Source: Polyangiales bacterium (lineage in GTDB: Bacteria; Myxococcota_A; Polyangia; Polyangiales; Ga0077539). From it: 39,807 bases of DNA. Within the stretch, counting starts at the first letter, position 1. Each line of letters opens with the position of its first letter. The translations under genes and the position numbers were made by a program. Positions 9,504 to 19,008 of this stretch are shown piece by piece. A model generated the notes under the pieces. The model saw only the letters and a list, made by a program, of their open reading frames with translations. It was not told the DNA's origin and searched no databases. The stretch lies in NCBI GenBank assembly GCA_044229975.1, contig JBGARZ010000032.1, positions 1 through 39,807 on the forward strand. Reading direction: 5' to 3'.

Positions 9504-10018
9504 TGCTCTTCCGGCGACGCCGCCTCAATGGAGATGACCTCGAGCTCGCGCCGCCGTCCGCCGACGCTCACCGCGCGCACCTCGCCGATCTCCGCGCCCA
9601 GCAGCGAGGAGGCCAGCGGCGCGGTGTACGCCACGCGACGTCGCTCGGGCTCGCCGTCCTCGTAGCCCGCGATCACGAAGCGCTCGGTGCGGGCGCCGTC
9701 GTCGACGGTGACCGCGCTCCCGAGGCCCACGCGCGACGGCGAGGGCGGCGGGACGACCACCTGGAGGCGGCGCATCGCCTCGGTGAGGTCGCGCACGCGG
9801 CGGGCGAGCTGGTGCATCTGCCGCTGGTTCTCTTCGTAGGCGAAGTTGTCGTGCCAGACCGAGTTGTCGCCGGCCTCGGCGGCCTCGCCGTTGCTCGCGG
9901 TGACGGCGTCGTAGGCGGCGCGCGCGCGGTCGAGCCGGTGGCGGAAGCGCTCGTACCCTTCGGCCGTGGTGAAAAGGCGCTCGTCGCCGGGCGACGCGTG
10001 TCCAGAGGGGTGGGTCAT
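9500..10018 (-). CDS. GreA/GreB-family transcription elongation factor-like protein (172 aa)
   Basis: C-terminal part of track ORF 9500..10600 from ATG 10018. TAEGYERF, coiled coil with acidic tip GDNSVWHDNFAYE, VGLGSAVTV, VAYTAPLASSLLGAEIGE. Confidence 0.85.
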   Translation of the reverse strand: MTHPSGHASPGDERLFTTAEGYERFRHRLDRARAAYDAVTASNGEAAEAGDNSVWHDNFAYEENQRQMHQLARRVRDLTEAMRRLQVVVPPPSPSRVGLGSAVTVDDGARTERFVIAGYEDGEPERRRVAYTAPLASSLLGAEIGEVRAVSVGGRRRELEVISIEAASPEEQ

Positions 10019-10026
10019 GCCCGAAA

Positions 10027-10053
10027 GACGGGCGGTCGACCAAGACCCTGACA
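10027..10053 (-). promoter_or_regulatory. ECF-type promoter motif copy 1 (TGTCAG-N17-CGTC), upstream of greA-like operon
   Basis: Minus strand TGTCAG GGTCTTGGTCGACCGCC CGTC, then 8 nt to the ATG. Confidence 0.75.
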
Positions 10054-10139
10054 GACGCCGACGAGGCGCGTCGCGTGGCCCGACGAGGCCCATTTTCGGT
10101 GGCACCCGGTGTACCGTCAGCGCTCGCAGGGAGGACGCG

Positions 10140-11915
10140 TTGCTCGATCGAACCACCGCCCGCCACGGTCTTCCGCACCCGCTGGCGCTGCTGTACGACC
10201 GCCTCAACCAGCACGACCCGCGGGTGAAGCTCACGGAGCTGTTGCGCTTCGCCGAGGGCACCGCGCGCTTCCTCGCGTGGGTGCTCGTCGCCGAGGCCGC
10301 GGCCCGCGGGCTCCCACCCAGGTCGCTGCGAGACCTCGTGAAGCCCGGCGCGGGCTTCGGCTTCTTCCTCCACGTGATCGAGCGCACCATCCGCGAACGG
10401 CGGTCCCGGCCGGACGGTTTCTTGCGCCCGCTCGACGCCTTCCTCGACGACCCAGCGTGGTCGGCGTTGCAGGTCTTCAACGAGCTGCGCAACGAGGTTG
10501 CGCACCACCGGCTGTCGAGCTCCGCGGAGACGGCGCGCGCCCTGCTCGCCGCGCACCGCGACCACCTCCAGCACCTGCTCGACGGCGTCGCGTTCCTCAC
10601 GCGCTACCCACTGGGGGTGCCGCGCGGCCCGCGCGTCGGGCTCGACGGCGTGGTGACCGCGCACTGGTTCGCGTGCCGCGGGCTCTCGCTGCACAGCGGC
10701 AACATCGAGATCGCCGACGCAGCCCAGCTCCCGAGCGAGCAGCTCCTCCTCGTCGACCCCGACGCGCGCCTCGCGCTGACGCTGACGCCCTTCCTCCTTT
10801 GCACCGAGCAGGCCTTCTGCTGGCTCGACCTGCCGAGCCCTCACGACACCAGCCCGCGGTCGGTCTACGCGCGACCCCTGTCCGGCGATGCGCTCCCAGC
10901 CGGGACGCCCTCGGGCCTCCTCGACGCGACCGGCGCGTCGCCGGATGGGTTGAGCCTCGACGCGTGGCTGGCCGACCCCCGACAGCGCGGGCGCCTCGTC
11001 CCGCTCCGTCTGGATGCGCCGTCGCTGCGCGCGATCGTGCAGAGCGCGGCGCCGACGCAAGCCATCGAGATGCAGCCGGGCCCGGCCGCGTGGGTCATCA
11101 GTTCCGAGGCCCCGGCCGCGCCCGCACCCAAACTGGCCCCGGCCGCGCCCGTGCCGTGGGTGCCGACGATGGTCATACACTCAGTGCCCGTGCCGCTCAC
11201 GTCGATCGAGAGCATGGCGCCCGTGGCCAGCGAGCGACCCCGCTCCGCGGACGGGAAGTCGGACGGGCGAGCGCTGCCCCTGATCCTGGTAGCCGCGATC
11301 GGAACGACCCTGGCAGGGACGATGCTCGTGCTGGCCCTCCTCCGCGGCACCCATCCGCGTGAGCCCCTCGCGTGGTCATCCTCGCCGACGGCTTCGCCGG
11401 CGGCCTCGCCGCCTCCGGCGCCAGCGCTGCTTTCCTCGAACCCTTCGTTGCAGCAGTGGGTGCAGACGTGGCTGCCCTCCCTCGATCGCCTCGACGACCG
11501 CATGCGCGCTCGCTACGCCGACCGGGTGGCGTTCCACGGCATGTCGCGCAACCAGGACCCGTCGTTCATCCTCGGTCGCTGGCGCGAGCGCCTCCTGGCC
11601 GGGACCTTCGCCGTCGATCTGGCGCGCTCGACCTGGTACGAGACCGCCGAGACCGAAGCCAACGTGCCGGCGGCGTGTCGCGACCTACCCGGCGCCGACC
11701 CGGGGGTCACGCTGGCGCGACTCGAGGCCGACGAGGACGGCGCGCCGCAAGGACGGTCCTTCGCCACGAGCGGCGTCTGCTCGCGGGTGCGAGGTGCCTA
11801 CCTGCTGCGCTCCCGCGTCGTCGCCGGCCGTCGGATCATCTGCCATGAGACCTGGCATCAGGAAGCGGTCTGCCGCTCGTGTCCGGGCTTCTCCAACTGC
11901 TCTCGCGGTCGGTAG
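10140..11915 (+). CDS. HEPN-like N-terminal domain + Pro/Ala linker + single TM helix + Cys-containing extracytoplasmic domain
   Basis: TTG at 10140 after GGAGGA, in frame with track ORF 9966..11915. RNEVAH at 10488-10505. TM segment LPLILVAAIGTTLAGTMLVLALL. Several Cys in the C-terminal domain. Confidence 0.7.
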   Translation: MLDRTTARHGLPHPLALLYDRLNQHDPRVKLTELLRFAEGTARFLAWVLVAEAAARGLPPRSLRDLVKPGAGFGFFLHVIERTIRERRSRPDGFLRPLDAFLDDPAWSALQVFNELRNEVAHHRLSSSAETARALLAAHRDHLQHLLDGVAFLTRYPLGVPRGPRVGLDGVVTAHWFACRGLSLHSGNIEIADAAQLPSEQLLLVDPDARLALTLTPFLLCTEQAFCWLDLPSPHDTSPRSVYARPLSGDALPAGTPSGLLDATGASPDGLSLDAWLADPRQRGRLVPLRLDAPSLRAIVQSAAPTQAIEMQPGPAAWVISSEAPAAPAPKLAPAAPVPWVPTMVIHSVPVPLTSIESMAPVASERPRSADGKSDGRALPLILVAAIGTTLAGTMLVLALLRGTHPREPLAWSSSPTASPAASPPPAPALLSSNPSLQQWVQTWLPSLDRLDDRMRARYADRVAFHGMSRNQDPSFILGRWRERLLAGTFAVDLARSTWYETAETEANVPAACRDLPGADPGVTLARLEADEDGAPQGRSFATSGVCSRVRGAYLLRSRVVAGRRIICHETWHQEAVCRSCPGFSNCSRGR

Positions 11916-11948
11916 CGCCGCGCGAACTGTTCGCGTCTCTTCAGTAGC

Positions 11949-11975
11949 TGTCAGGTCGGATCGTCGCCTTACGTC
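11949..11975 (+). promoter_or_regulatory. ECF-type promoter motif copy 2, upstream of UvrD-nuclease
   Basis: TGTCAG GTCGGATCGTCGCCTTA CGTC in the intergenic gap. Confidence 0.75.
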
Positions 11976-12045
11976 AACGGGACAACGGCCCCCCAGACGA
12001 GCTCCTCGCCGTCGGGGTCGACCACTTCTCCCTGGAGGTCCTCCG

Positions 12046-14829
12046 ATGACGCAATCCGCGTTCGCCGCCGTCGCCCCGAAGCCCCTCACGTACTCTCCCG
12101 AGCAGCGGCGCATCATCGAGCACCGCGACGGTCACCTCCAGGTCGTCGCTTGCGCCGGCTCGGGCAAGACCGAGACGGTCTCCATGCGCGTCGCTCGCCT
12201 CCTCGCGGAGGGCGTCGCGCCCTCGGGCATCGTCGCGTTCACCTTCACCAACGCGGCCGCCGACTCGCTCAAGACCCGCATCCTGAAGAAGGTCCAGGAG
12301 GTCGATCCCGGCCGCAACCTCGACGCGCTCTCGCCGATGTTCGTGGGCACCATCCACGCATTCTGCCTGCGCTTCCTGCAAGACCGCGCGCCCCGCTACG
12401 CGACCTTCGACCTCTACGACGAGCACCGCCTCGCGGGGTTGCTGACCCGCGAGTACCGGGCCGTCGGCCTCGACAGGCTCGGCACGCGCAACATGACCGC
12501 GGCGATCCAGGAGTTCCTGAGGACCGCGGCCATCGTCGAGAACGAGATGATCGACCCGCGATCGCTCCCGGAGTGCGCCTTCACGGACTGCTACCGCCGC
12601 TACCTCGACGTCCTCGACCGCTACCACGTGCTCACCTTCAACCAGGCCATCGCCCGGGCGGTCGCCGAGGTCTCCAAGGAGCACGTCCGCGACGCCTTCC
12701 GCGCGGGCCTGCGCCACCTGATCGTGGACGAGTTCCAGGACATCAACCCCGCCCAGGCGCGGCTCATCGAGCTGCTCGGCGCGAGCCCGGTGCGCACCTG
12801 CGTGGTGGGCGACGACGACCAGGCCATCTACCAATGGCGCGGCTCCTCGGTCGGGTACATCCAGCGATTCCAGGCGCAGTTCCGTGCGCACCGCGAGACG
12901 CTCGCGGTCAACCGACGATCCCGCCGCGCCATCGTCGACGCGGCGGCGCGCTTCGCGGCGTCGATCCCCGCGCGCATCCCCAAGGACGTCTCCGCCTCGC
13001 GCGACGACCACGAGCGGGCCGTGCAGCGCTTCGTGGCGCCCGACGCGGCCGCCGAGGCCGGGATGATCGCCGACGCCATCGCGCGGATGCACGCCGCGGG
13101 CGTCGCCTACCGCGACGTCGCGGTGCTGCTGCGCTCGATGAAGTCGTCGGGCGGGGCCTTCCTCGACGCCCTCGACGCGCGCAACATCCCCTACCAGTGC
13201 GACGGCCGCGCGGGGCTCTTCCTGCAACCCGAGGCCGAACTCCTCGGCGACCTCTACGCCCACCTCGCGGGCCGCGACGAGTTCTGGAACGCCCGCGCCC
13301 GCGAGATGCAACCGGTCACGCTCGACGCGCTCCTGCCGCGGGTGCAGCAGGTCTTCGGGCTGCCCAAGGGGAAGCTCCCGCTGGTGAAGAGCCAGCTCGC
13401 GACGTGGCGCGTGCAGCTCCCGACGCTGCGCGACGCCGACCTCGTGGGCAGCCTCTACCGGCTGCTGCACCTGCTGGGCGTCGACGCCTGGGACGCGGGC
13501 GACCCGGCGGTGGCGCGGCGGCTGGGGGTCCTCGCGCGCTTCAGCGGGCTGCTCGCCGACTTCGAGAGCGTCACGCGGCGCGCGCGGAAGGTCGACGACC
13601 CGGCGGCGGGGCGGGTGGTGCGCGGAGGGCAGGCGGGCGGCGCCGAGTACCTCGACAAGCTGGCCAACTACATCTCGTACTACGCGCAGGGCGCCTACGA
13701 GGACTTCGAGGGTGAGCCCGACTTCGACGTGGACGCCGTGACCATCAGCACGGTCCACGGGGCCAAGGGGCTGGAGTGGCCGGTGGTGTTCGTGCCGTGC
13801 CTGTCGGGCAAGCGCTTCCCGTCGATGTTCGCGGGCCGCGTGCAGCCGTGGCTGCTGCCGCGGTCGCTCTTCCCGGCGGCGCGCTACGAGGGCTCCGACG
13901 ACGACGAGCGCCGGCTCTTCTACGTGGCCGTCACCCGCGCGCGCGACCACGTCTTCCTCTCGACGCACGAGGCCGTGACGACCGCCCGCGTGGCCCGGTC
14001 GCCGTACTTCAAGGAGGTGTGCGGCGCCGACGTGGCGGTCTCGCCGAAGCCCATCTGGGTGCCGACGAGCCTACCCCCGCGGGGGCCCGAGGCCGACGAG
14101 AAGCCGACCTTCTCGTTCTCGGAGCTCGTCCAGTACGGCAACTGCCCGATGCAGTACCGGCTGCGCAACCGCATCGGCTTCCAGCCGCCCGCGGTGAAGG
14201 AGCTGGGCTACGGCAAGGCGGTGCACCACGTGCTGCGGCGCCTCGCGGAGTACGTGCGCGACCTGCACGCGCTGCCGACCAAGGCGGAGGTGGACGCCAT
14301 CTTCGACCGGGAGTTCTTCCTGCCCTTCGCGGACAGGCCGGCGTGGGAGACGATGGAGGCGGCGGCGCGCACGCTCGTCGGCCGCTACACGACCGACTTC
14401 AAAGCGGACCTTCAGCGGGTGTGGGAGGTGGAGCGGTCGTTCGAACTGCACCTCGAACACGCCAACGTGAAGGGTCGCGCGGACGTCATCCTGGACCGGG
14501 AGGACGGCATCCCGGGGGGCCTCGCGCTGGTGGACTACAAAACGCGGGGGGTGTCGGCCGACGACGCGGACATGGACCTCCAGTTGAAGGTCTACGCGGC
14601 GGCGGCGCGGGGGGAGGGCTTCGACGTGCGCGCGGCATACCTGCACGACCTGACGGCGGCGAAGGGCGCGGCGCGGGTGAGGGTGGCCGTCGGGCCGAAG
14701 GAGGTCGCGGCGGCGACAGAGCGGCTGTCGGAGATGGCGCGGGGGATCCGGGCGCGGGAGTTCCCGGCGAGGCCGGGGGCGCAGTGCGAGCGCTGCGACG
14801 TGCGCGGGGTCTGCGGGAGCGCGGGGTAA
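12046..14829 (+). CDS. UvrD/REP SF1 helicase fused to C-terminal PD-(D/E)xK nuclease with 4-Cys Fe-S motif (AddB/Cas4-like)
   Basis: ATG 12046 after GGAGG. ACAGSGKT, VDEFQD, VGDDDQAIYQWRG, TVHGAKGLEW, RRLFYVAVTRAR. Nuclease motifs NCP, GRADVI, VDYKT, QLKVY, CERCDVRGVC. Confidence 0.92.
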   Translation: MTQSAFAAVAPKPLTYSPEQRRIIEHRDGHLQVVACAGSGKTETVSMRVARLLAEGVAPSGIVAFTFTNAAADSLKTRILKKVQEVDPGRNLDALSPMFVGTIHAFCLRFLQDRAPRYATFDLYDEHRLAGLLTREYRAVGLDRLGTRNMTAAIQEFLRTAAIVENEMIDPRSLPECAFTDCYRRYLDVLDRYHVLTFNQAIARAVAEVSKEHVRDAFRAGLRHLIVDEFQDINPAQARLIELLGASPVRTCVVGDDDQAIYQWRGSSVGYIQRFQAQFRAHRETLAVNRRSRRAIVDAAARFAASIPARIPKDVSASRDDHERAVQRFVAPDAAAEAGMIADAIARMHAAGVAYRDVAVLLRSMKSSGGAFLDALDARNIPYQCDGRAGLFLQPEAELLGDLYAHLAGRDEFWNARAREMQPVTLDALLPRVQQVFGLPKGKLPLVKSQLATWRVQLPTLRDADLVGSLYRLLHLLGVDAWDAGDPAVARRLGVLARFSGLLADFESVTRRARKVDDPAAGRVVRGGQAGGAEYLDKLANYISYYAQGAYEDFEGEPDFDVDAVTISTVHGAKGLEWPVVFVPCLSGKRFPSMFAGRVQPWLLPRSLFPAARYEGSDDDERRLFYVAVTRARDHVFLSTHEAVTTARVARSPYFKEVCGADVAVSPKPIWVPTSLPPRGPEADEKPTFSFSELVQYGNCPMQYRLRNRIGFQPPAVKELGYGKAVHHVLRRLAEYVRDLHALPTKAEVDAIFDREFFLPFADRPAWETMEAAARTLVGRYTTDFKADLQRVWEVERSFELHLEHANVKGRADVILDREDGIPGGLALVDYKTRGVSADDADMDLQLKVYAAAARGEGFDVRAAYLHDLTAAKGAARVRVAVGPKEVAAATERLSEMARGIRAREFPARPGAQCERCDVRGVCGSAG

Positions 14830-14835
14830 GGCGGG

Positions 14836-17800
14836 TCAGCGGAAGCGCAACACGAGCGCGGCGAGGCGTGGCTCGGCGTCCGGTTCGCAGTGCGCCACTG
14901 CGGCGCAGAAGCGCTCGACCATGTCGACGCGGAGCAGCGGCCCGAGCGAACGCACGAGCGCGCGGACCAGGGACGGGTCGACGATCTCGATGGCGGCCTT
15001 GGTCAGCGCCAGGAGCGCCTCGGCGGTGTCGTCCATCTGCCGGGCCAACCGGACGGCACCGTCATGGTCGCCCGAGCGGAGGAGCGTCACCGCGACCTCT
15101 CGTTGGACCTCGACGAGGTCGTGCTCCTCGACGGTGAGATCGGACAACTTCATGGCCTCGTCGAGGCGCCCCACGTGGGCGAAAGCCTTTGCGACCTCAG
15201 CGCAATACCCGCTCCCCTTGATCGGCTCGCCGTCCCAGGTTTGGACCATCGTGCGGGCCTCATCGAGGAGAGCATCCACCTCGGAGGCGAAGCCACGGCC
15301 GGAGAGTTCCGCGGCGAGTTGGGCCATGAGCACCGGCTTGCTGGTGGCGTCCAACTCTCTCGACATGGCAATCGCCAGCATCGGGGCACGCCGGGAGACG
15401 CCGCGCAGGACGTCCGAGACGTCGGCTTCGTCGAAGGGGAAGCCGTAGTCGTCGTCCGAGCGCGTCAAGATCGCCTGTGCGACGTCTCGCGCGCCCGATT
15501 CTGGCGCTACGTCATCAACTCGGACGTCGAAGGCCTCCGTCAGGGCCACCATCAAGCGGATTCCGTCGAGGAGGGCCGCCTCGCTGCCAGCTTCCGACGC
15601 CCGTGTACACCAGTCGTAGGCCGCCCGAGACAGCGCGGAAGTCGGGATGTCCGCCGCCGAATGCCCCAGGATCAACGCGCTCGCGAGCGAGAAGTCGCCT
15701 CCCCGTGCGACCTCGGAGGCCAGGGACCAACGGGTCGTGTCGGGCAGGTCGAGCGCGCCTTCGCGGCCGCGGCCGATCGCCTCCAGGCGGACCGCAAACT
15801 CTTCGGCGCGCTCTGCCCGCACGGCCCGCGCGAGCACAATCACTTCGGGAACGACGGCCACCCGAGCCCTCGCGCGAGCGCGCGTCGTCGGCCACCAATC
15901 GTGTCGATCATGGGCCCTTGCCACCGACCAGTTCGCCCAGAACCTCAGCACCCGCAACGCACTCTCCCCGTCGTCGGGCCGCGCGTGGAGATGCTCGTCG
16001 AGACGTTCGAGCGCGACCGAGCCGTCGCCACGGAGGAGTGCCGACAACGCCTCGTCGGCTGCCGTGCGACCGGCGAACAAACCGCCGGCGAGCGCTCGGA
16101 CGATCGCCGCCTGATCTTCCCGCCACTCGTTGCGTCCTCGAGAGAACAAGATCTCGCTGACATCCGGCCTCTTCGTCTTCAGGAGCCGCGCCACCTCCTT
16201 CCGCACATCGCGCAGCCCGAGACGTTCTTCCGCCGCGAGCACGATCGTCGTCGCCGGGCCGATGTCCCATTCCCACTCGCGAGGCAGCCGCGCACGCGCG
16301 GCATTGGCGCCGAGAGTGAGCAGGGCCTCTTCAACTCGCTCGAACCCTCCCGGCCAGGCGACGAAGCTCCCCGTACGATCTGTGGTCGCGTGCGTCTCGC
16401 CGAGGGGGCCCGCCTCGATCGGAGTCAAGCCCGACAAGACGTCGAAGAGTTTGCGCCGACGTTGTTCCCAGAAGTCCTCAGCCGGCCCCATCCGCCACGT
16501 TGCATCCCGCGAGATCCCGATGGCGTCGATGGCCGCGCTACCGAGAGCGTAGAAGTGACCTGCCTCGCCCCAAGAGTGCAGCCGTCCCATCTCGAGCTCC
16601 ACCTCGCCCCGTCGTGCGCCGAACTCCTCTACCTGACCGGTCGCGGCGAGCTCCCAAAGCAAGAGCAGCTTCCAGCGGGTCGCCTCTCTCGGCTTCAGGC
16701 GATCGGCCAGCGCCCAGGCCGACGCGCCCTTCCCCGCCCGGAGCAGGTCGAGAGGGTCACTCGCTTTGACCAACACCTCCCCCCGCCGCCGAGCCCCCAC
16801 CGCCCATGCTTCGGCCGCCCGCAAGAGGTCTCCGTCCGCGAAGGACGCCTCCGCGGCGCCGTCGATCCAGCGCAGTGCACTCGTCGCATCGCCGTCGTCT
16901 GCCGCCGTCAACGACGTCAGGAAGTCTTCATCCGTGCCGAGGGAGATGCGCAGACTCCGGGCATCACGAGAGAGAGTCTCGTCGGCGTCCGCCTCGATGC
17001 GGGGGAGCACGATTTCAGCTTCCCGCAGCACCGGCACGCGGACCTCGTCGGGGGCCTCCCCCCAACGCTCGATCGCGCGGAGCCACGCCTTGCGCGACCA
17101 CCAGCGCACTGCCCTGATCTCCGCGGCGTGGTCGAGATAGAAGCGCAGTGTTTCGTGCCGTAGCGACCACCGACCGTCCGTCCTTCGCAGGTAGGTCGAC
17201 CCGAGGTCGAGCGAATGGGCCAGAAGATCCTCCCAGACCGGCGCCCCGCGGAGCATGTGCGTCGACAGCAGCGCCTCCAGGGTCCCGTGCGGCAGCCCCG
17301 GGGCAGTGGCCAGCACCGACATCGCCGCGATCAGGACCGAGCCTGTGTCGCCGATCTGGCTTCGCCGGAGAGAGCGGCGGTACGCGTCTTCCAGACCGGT
17401 CGGCAGCTGCGCGGCGTCGAAGGGGGCCCGTCCCGCCGCGAGGTCCGCCACGACGGTCGCGAGATAGAGTGGGATCCCCCGCGCCTGGTCGGCGACCGCC
17501 GCGATGAAGGCCTCGAACCCCTCCGCGCCCCGCTCGAAGAGCACGTACCGGCGGGGGCCGAGGGCGTCGCGCAGGTAGGCCATGGCGTCCTCGCGGGCGA
17601 GGGGGCGCAACCCCTCCGGGAGCGGCCGCACCGCGTCGACCAACGCCTCCGTCAACGCGCGATCGGGCCGACCGGAACAGACGACCCCGACGCCATCCCC
17701 CGCGAGGCCGACGAAGGATCGCGCGAAGCCCGCGGACTCCTCCTCGATCTCGTCGAGGGCGTCGACGATCACGACCACGGGCCGCCGTCGAGCGTGCGCC

Positions 17801-19008
17801 AGGGCGCGAAGCCGGTCGCGCGCCCGTTCGATGAGGGGCCGAGGCTCCGCTGGGTCCTCCTCGGGGCCGAGCCGCTCATCGACGAAGCGACACAGTTGTC
17901 GGTTGAACGAGCGAGCCAGCAGCGCCGCGCCGCCCGGCTCCGGGAAGAACGGAACGACGAGCCGTTGCGTCGTATCGAGAAGCTCGGCGGTGACCGAGGC
18001 CAGGAGCGCCGACTTCCCGACGCCCGGTTCGCCTGGGAGCCAGACGACGTCGTCGGGGTGGTTCGCGATCGACGCGAGGAGGGAGGCTCGGTCCGCCTCG
18101 CGTCCGACCAAGCCCTCCGAGAGTTGTCGCAGTCGGTTCGCCAACGCGTCGGGGCCGCGCGCGTCAGGTGATCGATGCCGGTTCGGCCCGAAGGCGTCAT
18201 CGACGCTTCGACCGACGTCTCCGGCCAGTCGGATGGGCGGCAGATCGTCGCCGGGCACGCAGTACTCGACCCCGCCGGGCGCCTCCCGCCGGAAGTACAC
18301 TAGGAGCGCGGTCCGGGGCGGCGCGTCGGGCTCCACGGGGGAGCTCACCGATTCGAGACGAATGAAGGGCGACGCCGAGCAGCGCCCCTCGGACCACGCG
18401 ATGCTCACCGCGGAGTCGTGCGCGCCGTCGTCGACCGCTCTGGCACCTCGGAGCGGTATCGGCGTTCCGTCCGGGCGCTTCCCTTCCAGCGAGACCGCCG
18501 ACAGGAAGTCGAGTCGAGAGAGCGCCTCGTCGAGGCGGTCGCGCCACCGACGCCACCACGCATCCGTCGTCTTCGGTCCGAGCGGGCCGACGTGGGCGAG
18601 GCGGTTGCGGAGCGCCAGAAGCGACTCTTCGGGCCGCTCGCGAGCGACACCGAGCAGCGGGGCGAGGTCACGCTCGGTCCAGGAGCGCAGGGTCAGCAGC
18701 ATCGGTTCCGGCTGCCGTGGGTCTTTGCCCGTGAGGCGCTTCAGCGCGGACGACCAACTACCCAGCGAGGGACGGTCGAGCCCTTCCAGCAATCCGCTCG
18801 CGCCGAGGTCTATGCCCGCGGCGCGAAGCGCGCAAAGGTGCAGCAGGGTTCCGAAGCGAACCGCCGCCTCGATCGCGTCGCACCCGCGCCACAGCGCCTC
18901 CCAGGGATTGTGCGCCAGCGCGTACTGCGTGACGGGTCCCGCCACCGGCGTCGGCCAGCGGTTGGCGAGGGCGCGCAAGTGCGATGGCGGGAGAGGGCGC
19001 TCCTCCAT
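14836..19008 (-). CDS. STAND/NACHT-like P-loop NTPase with N-terminal HEPN-like domain and C-terminal TPR-like repeats (Avs-like architecture)
   Basis: RNRLAH at 18592-18609; LVGRE; Walker A GEPGVGKS; Walker B VIVDALDE; GIPLYL; HETLR; helical repeats such as AHVGRLDEAMKL and SGDHDGAVRLA. ATG abuts the upstream stop. Confidence 0.82.
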   Translation of the reverse strand: MEERPLPPSHLRALANRWPTPVAGPVTQYALAHNPWEALWRGCDAIEAAVRFGTLLHLCALRAAGIDLGASGLLEGLDRPSLGSWSSALKRLTGKDPRQPEPMLLTLRSWTERDLAPLLGVARERPEESLLALRNRLAHVGPLGPKTTDAWWRRWRDRLDEALSRLDFLSAVSLEGKRPDGTPIPLRGARAVDDGAHDSAVSIAWSEGRCSASPFIRLESVSSPVEPDAPPRTALLVYFRREAPGGVEYCVPGDDLPPIRLAGDVGRSVDDAFGPNRHRSPDARGPDALANRLRQLSEGLVGREADRASLLASIANHPDDVVWLPGEPGVGKSALLASVTAELLDTTQRLVVPFFPEPGGAALLARSFNRQLCRFVDERLGPEEDPAEPRPLIERARDRLRALAHARRRPVVVIVDALDEIEEESAGFARSFVGLAGDGVGVVCSGRPDRALTEALVDAVRPLPEGLRPLAREDAMAYLRDALGPRRYVLFERGAEGFEAFIAAVADQARGIPLYLATVVADLAAGRAPFDAAQLPTGLEDAYRRSLRRSQIGDTGSVLIAAMSVLATAPGLPHGTLEALLSTHMLRGAPVWEDLLAHSLDLGSTYLRRTDGRWSLRHETLRFYLDHAAEIRAVRWWSRKAWLRAIERWGEAPDEVRVPVLREAEIVLPRIEADADETLSRDARSLRISLGTDEDFLTSLTAADDGDATSALRWIDGAAEASFADGDLLRAAEAWAVGARRRGEVLVKASDPLDLLRAGKGASAWALADRLKPREATRWKLLLLWELAATGQVEEFGARRGEVELEMGRLHSWGEAGHFYALGSAAIDAIGISRDATWRMGPAEDFWEQRRRKLFDVLSGLTPIEAGPLGETHATTDRTGSFVAWPGGFERVEEALLTLGANAARARLPREWEWDIGPATTIVLAAEERLGLRDVRKEVARLLKTKRPDVSEILFSRGRNEWREDQAAIVRALAGGLFAGRTAADEALSALLRGDGSVALERLDEHLHARPDDGESALRVLRFWANWSVARAHDRHDWWPTTRARARARVAVVPEVIVLARAVRAERAEEFAVRLEAIGRGREGALDLPDTTRWSLASEVARGGDFSLASALILGHSAADIPTSALSRAAYDWCTRASEAGSEAALLDGIRLMVALTEAFDVRVDDVAPESGARDVAQAILTRSDDDYGFPFDEADVSDVLRGVSRRAPMLAIAMSRELDATSKPVLMAQLAAELSGRGFASEVDALLDEARTMVQTWDGEPIKGSGYCAEVAKAFAHVGRLDEAMKLSDLTVEEHDLVEVQREVAVTLLRSGDHDGAVRLARQMDDTAEALLALTKAAIEIVDPSLVRALVRSLGPLLRVDMVERFCAAVAHCEPDAEPRLAALVLRFR

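Noticed and set aside
10115..10141. CGTCAG-N17-CGTT near-match to the ECF motif
   Set aside because: Two mismatches, and it overlaps the RBS and TTG start of the gene it would drive.
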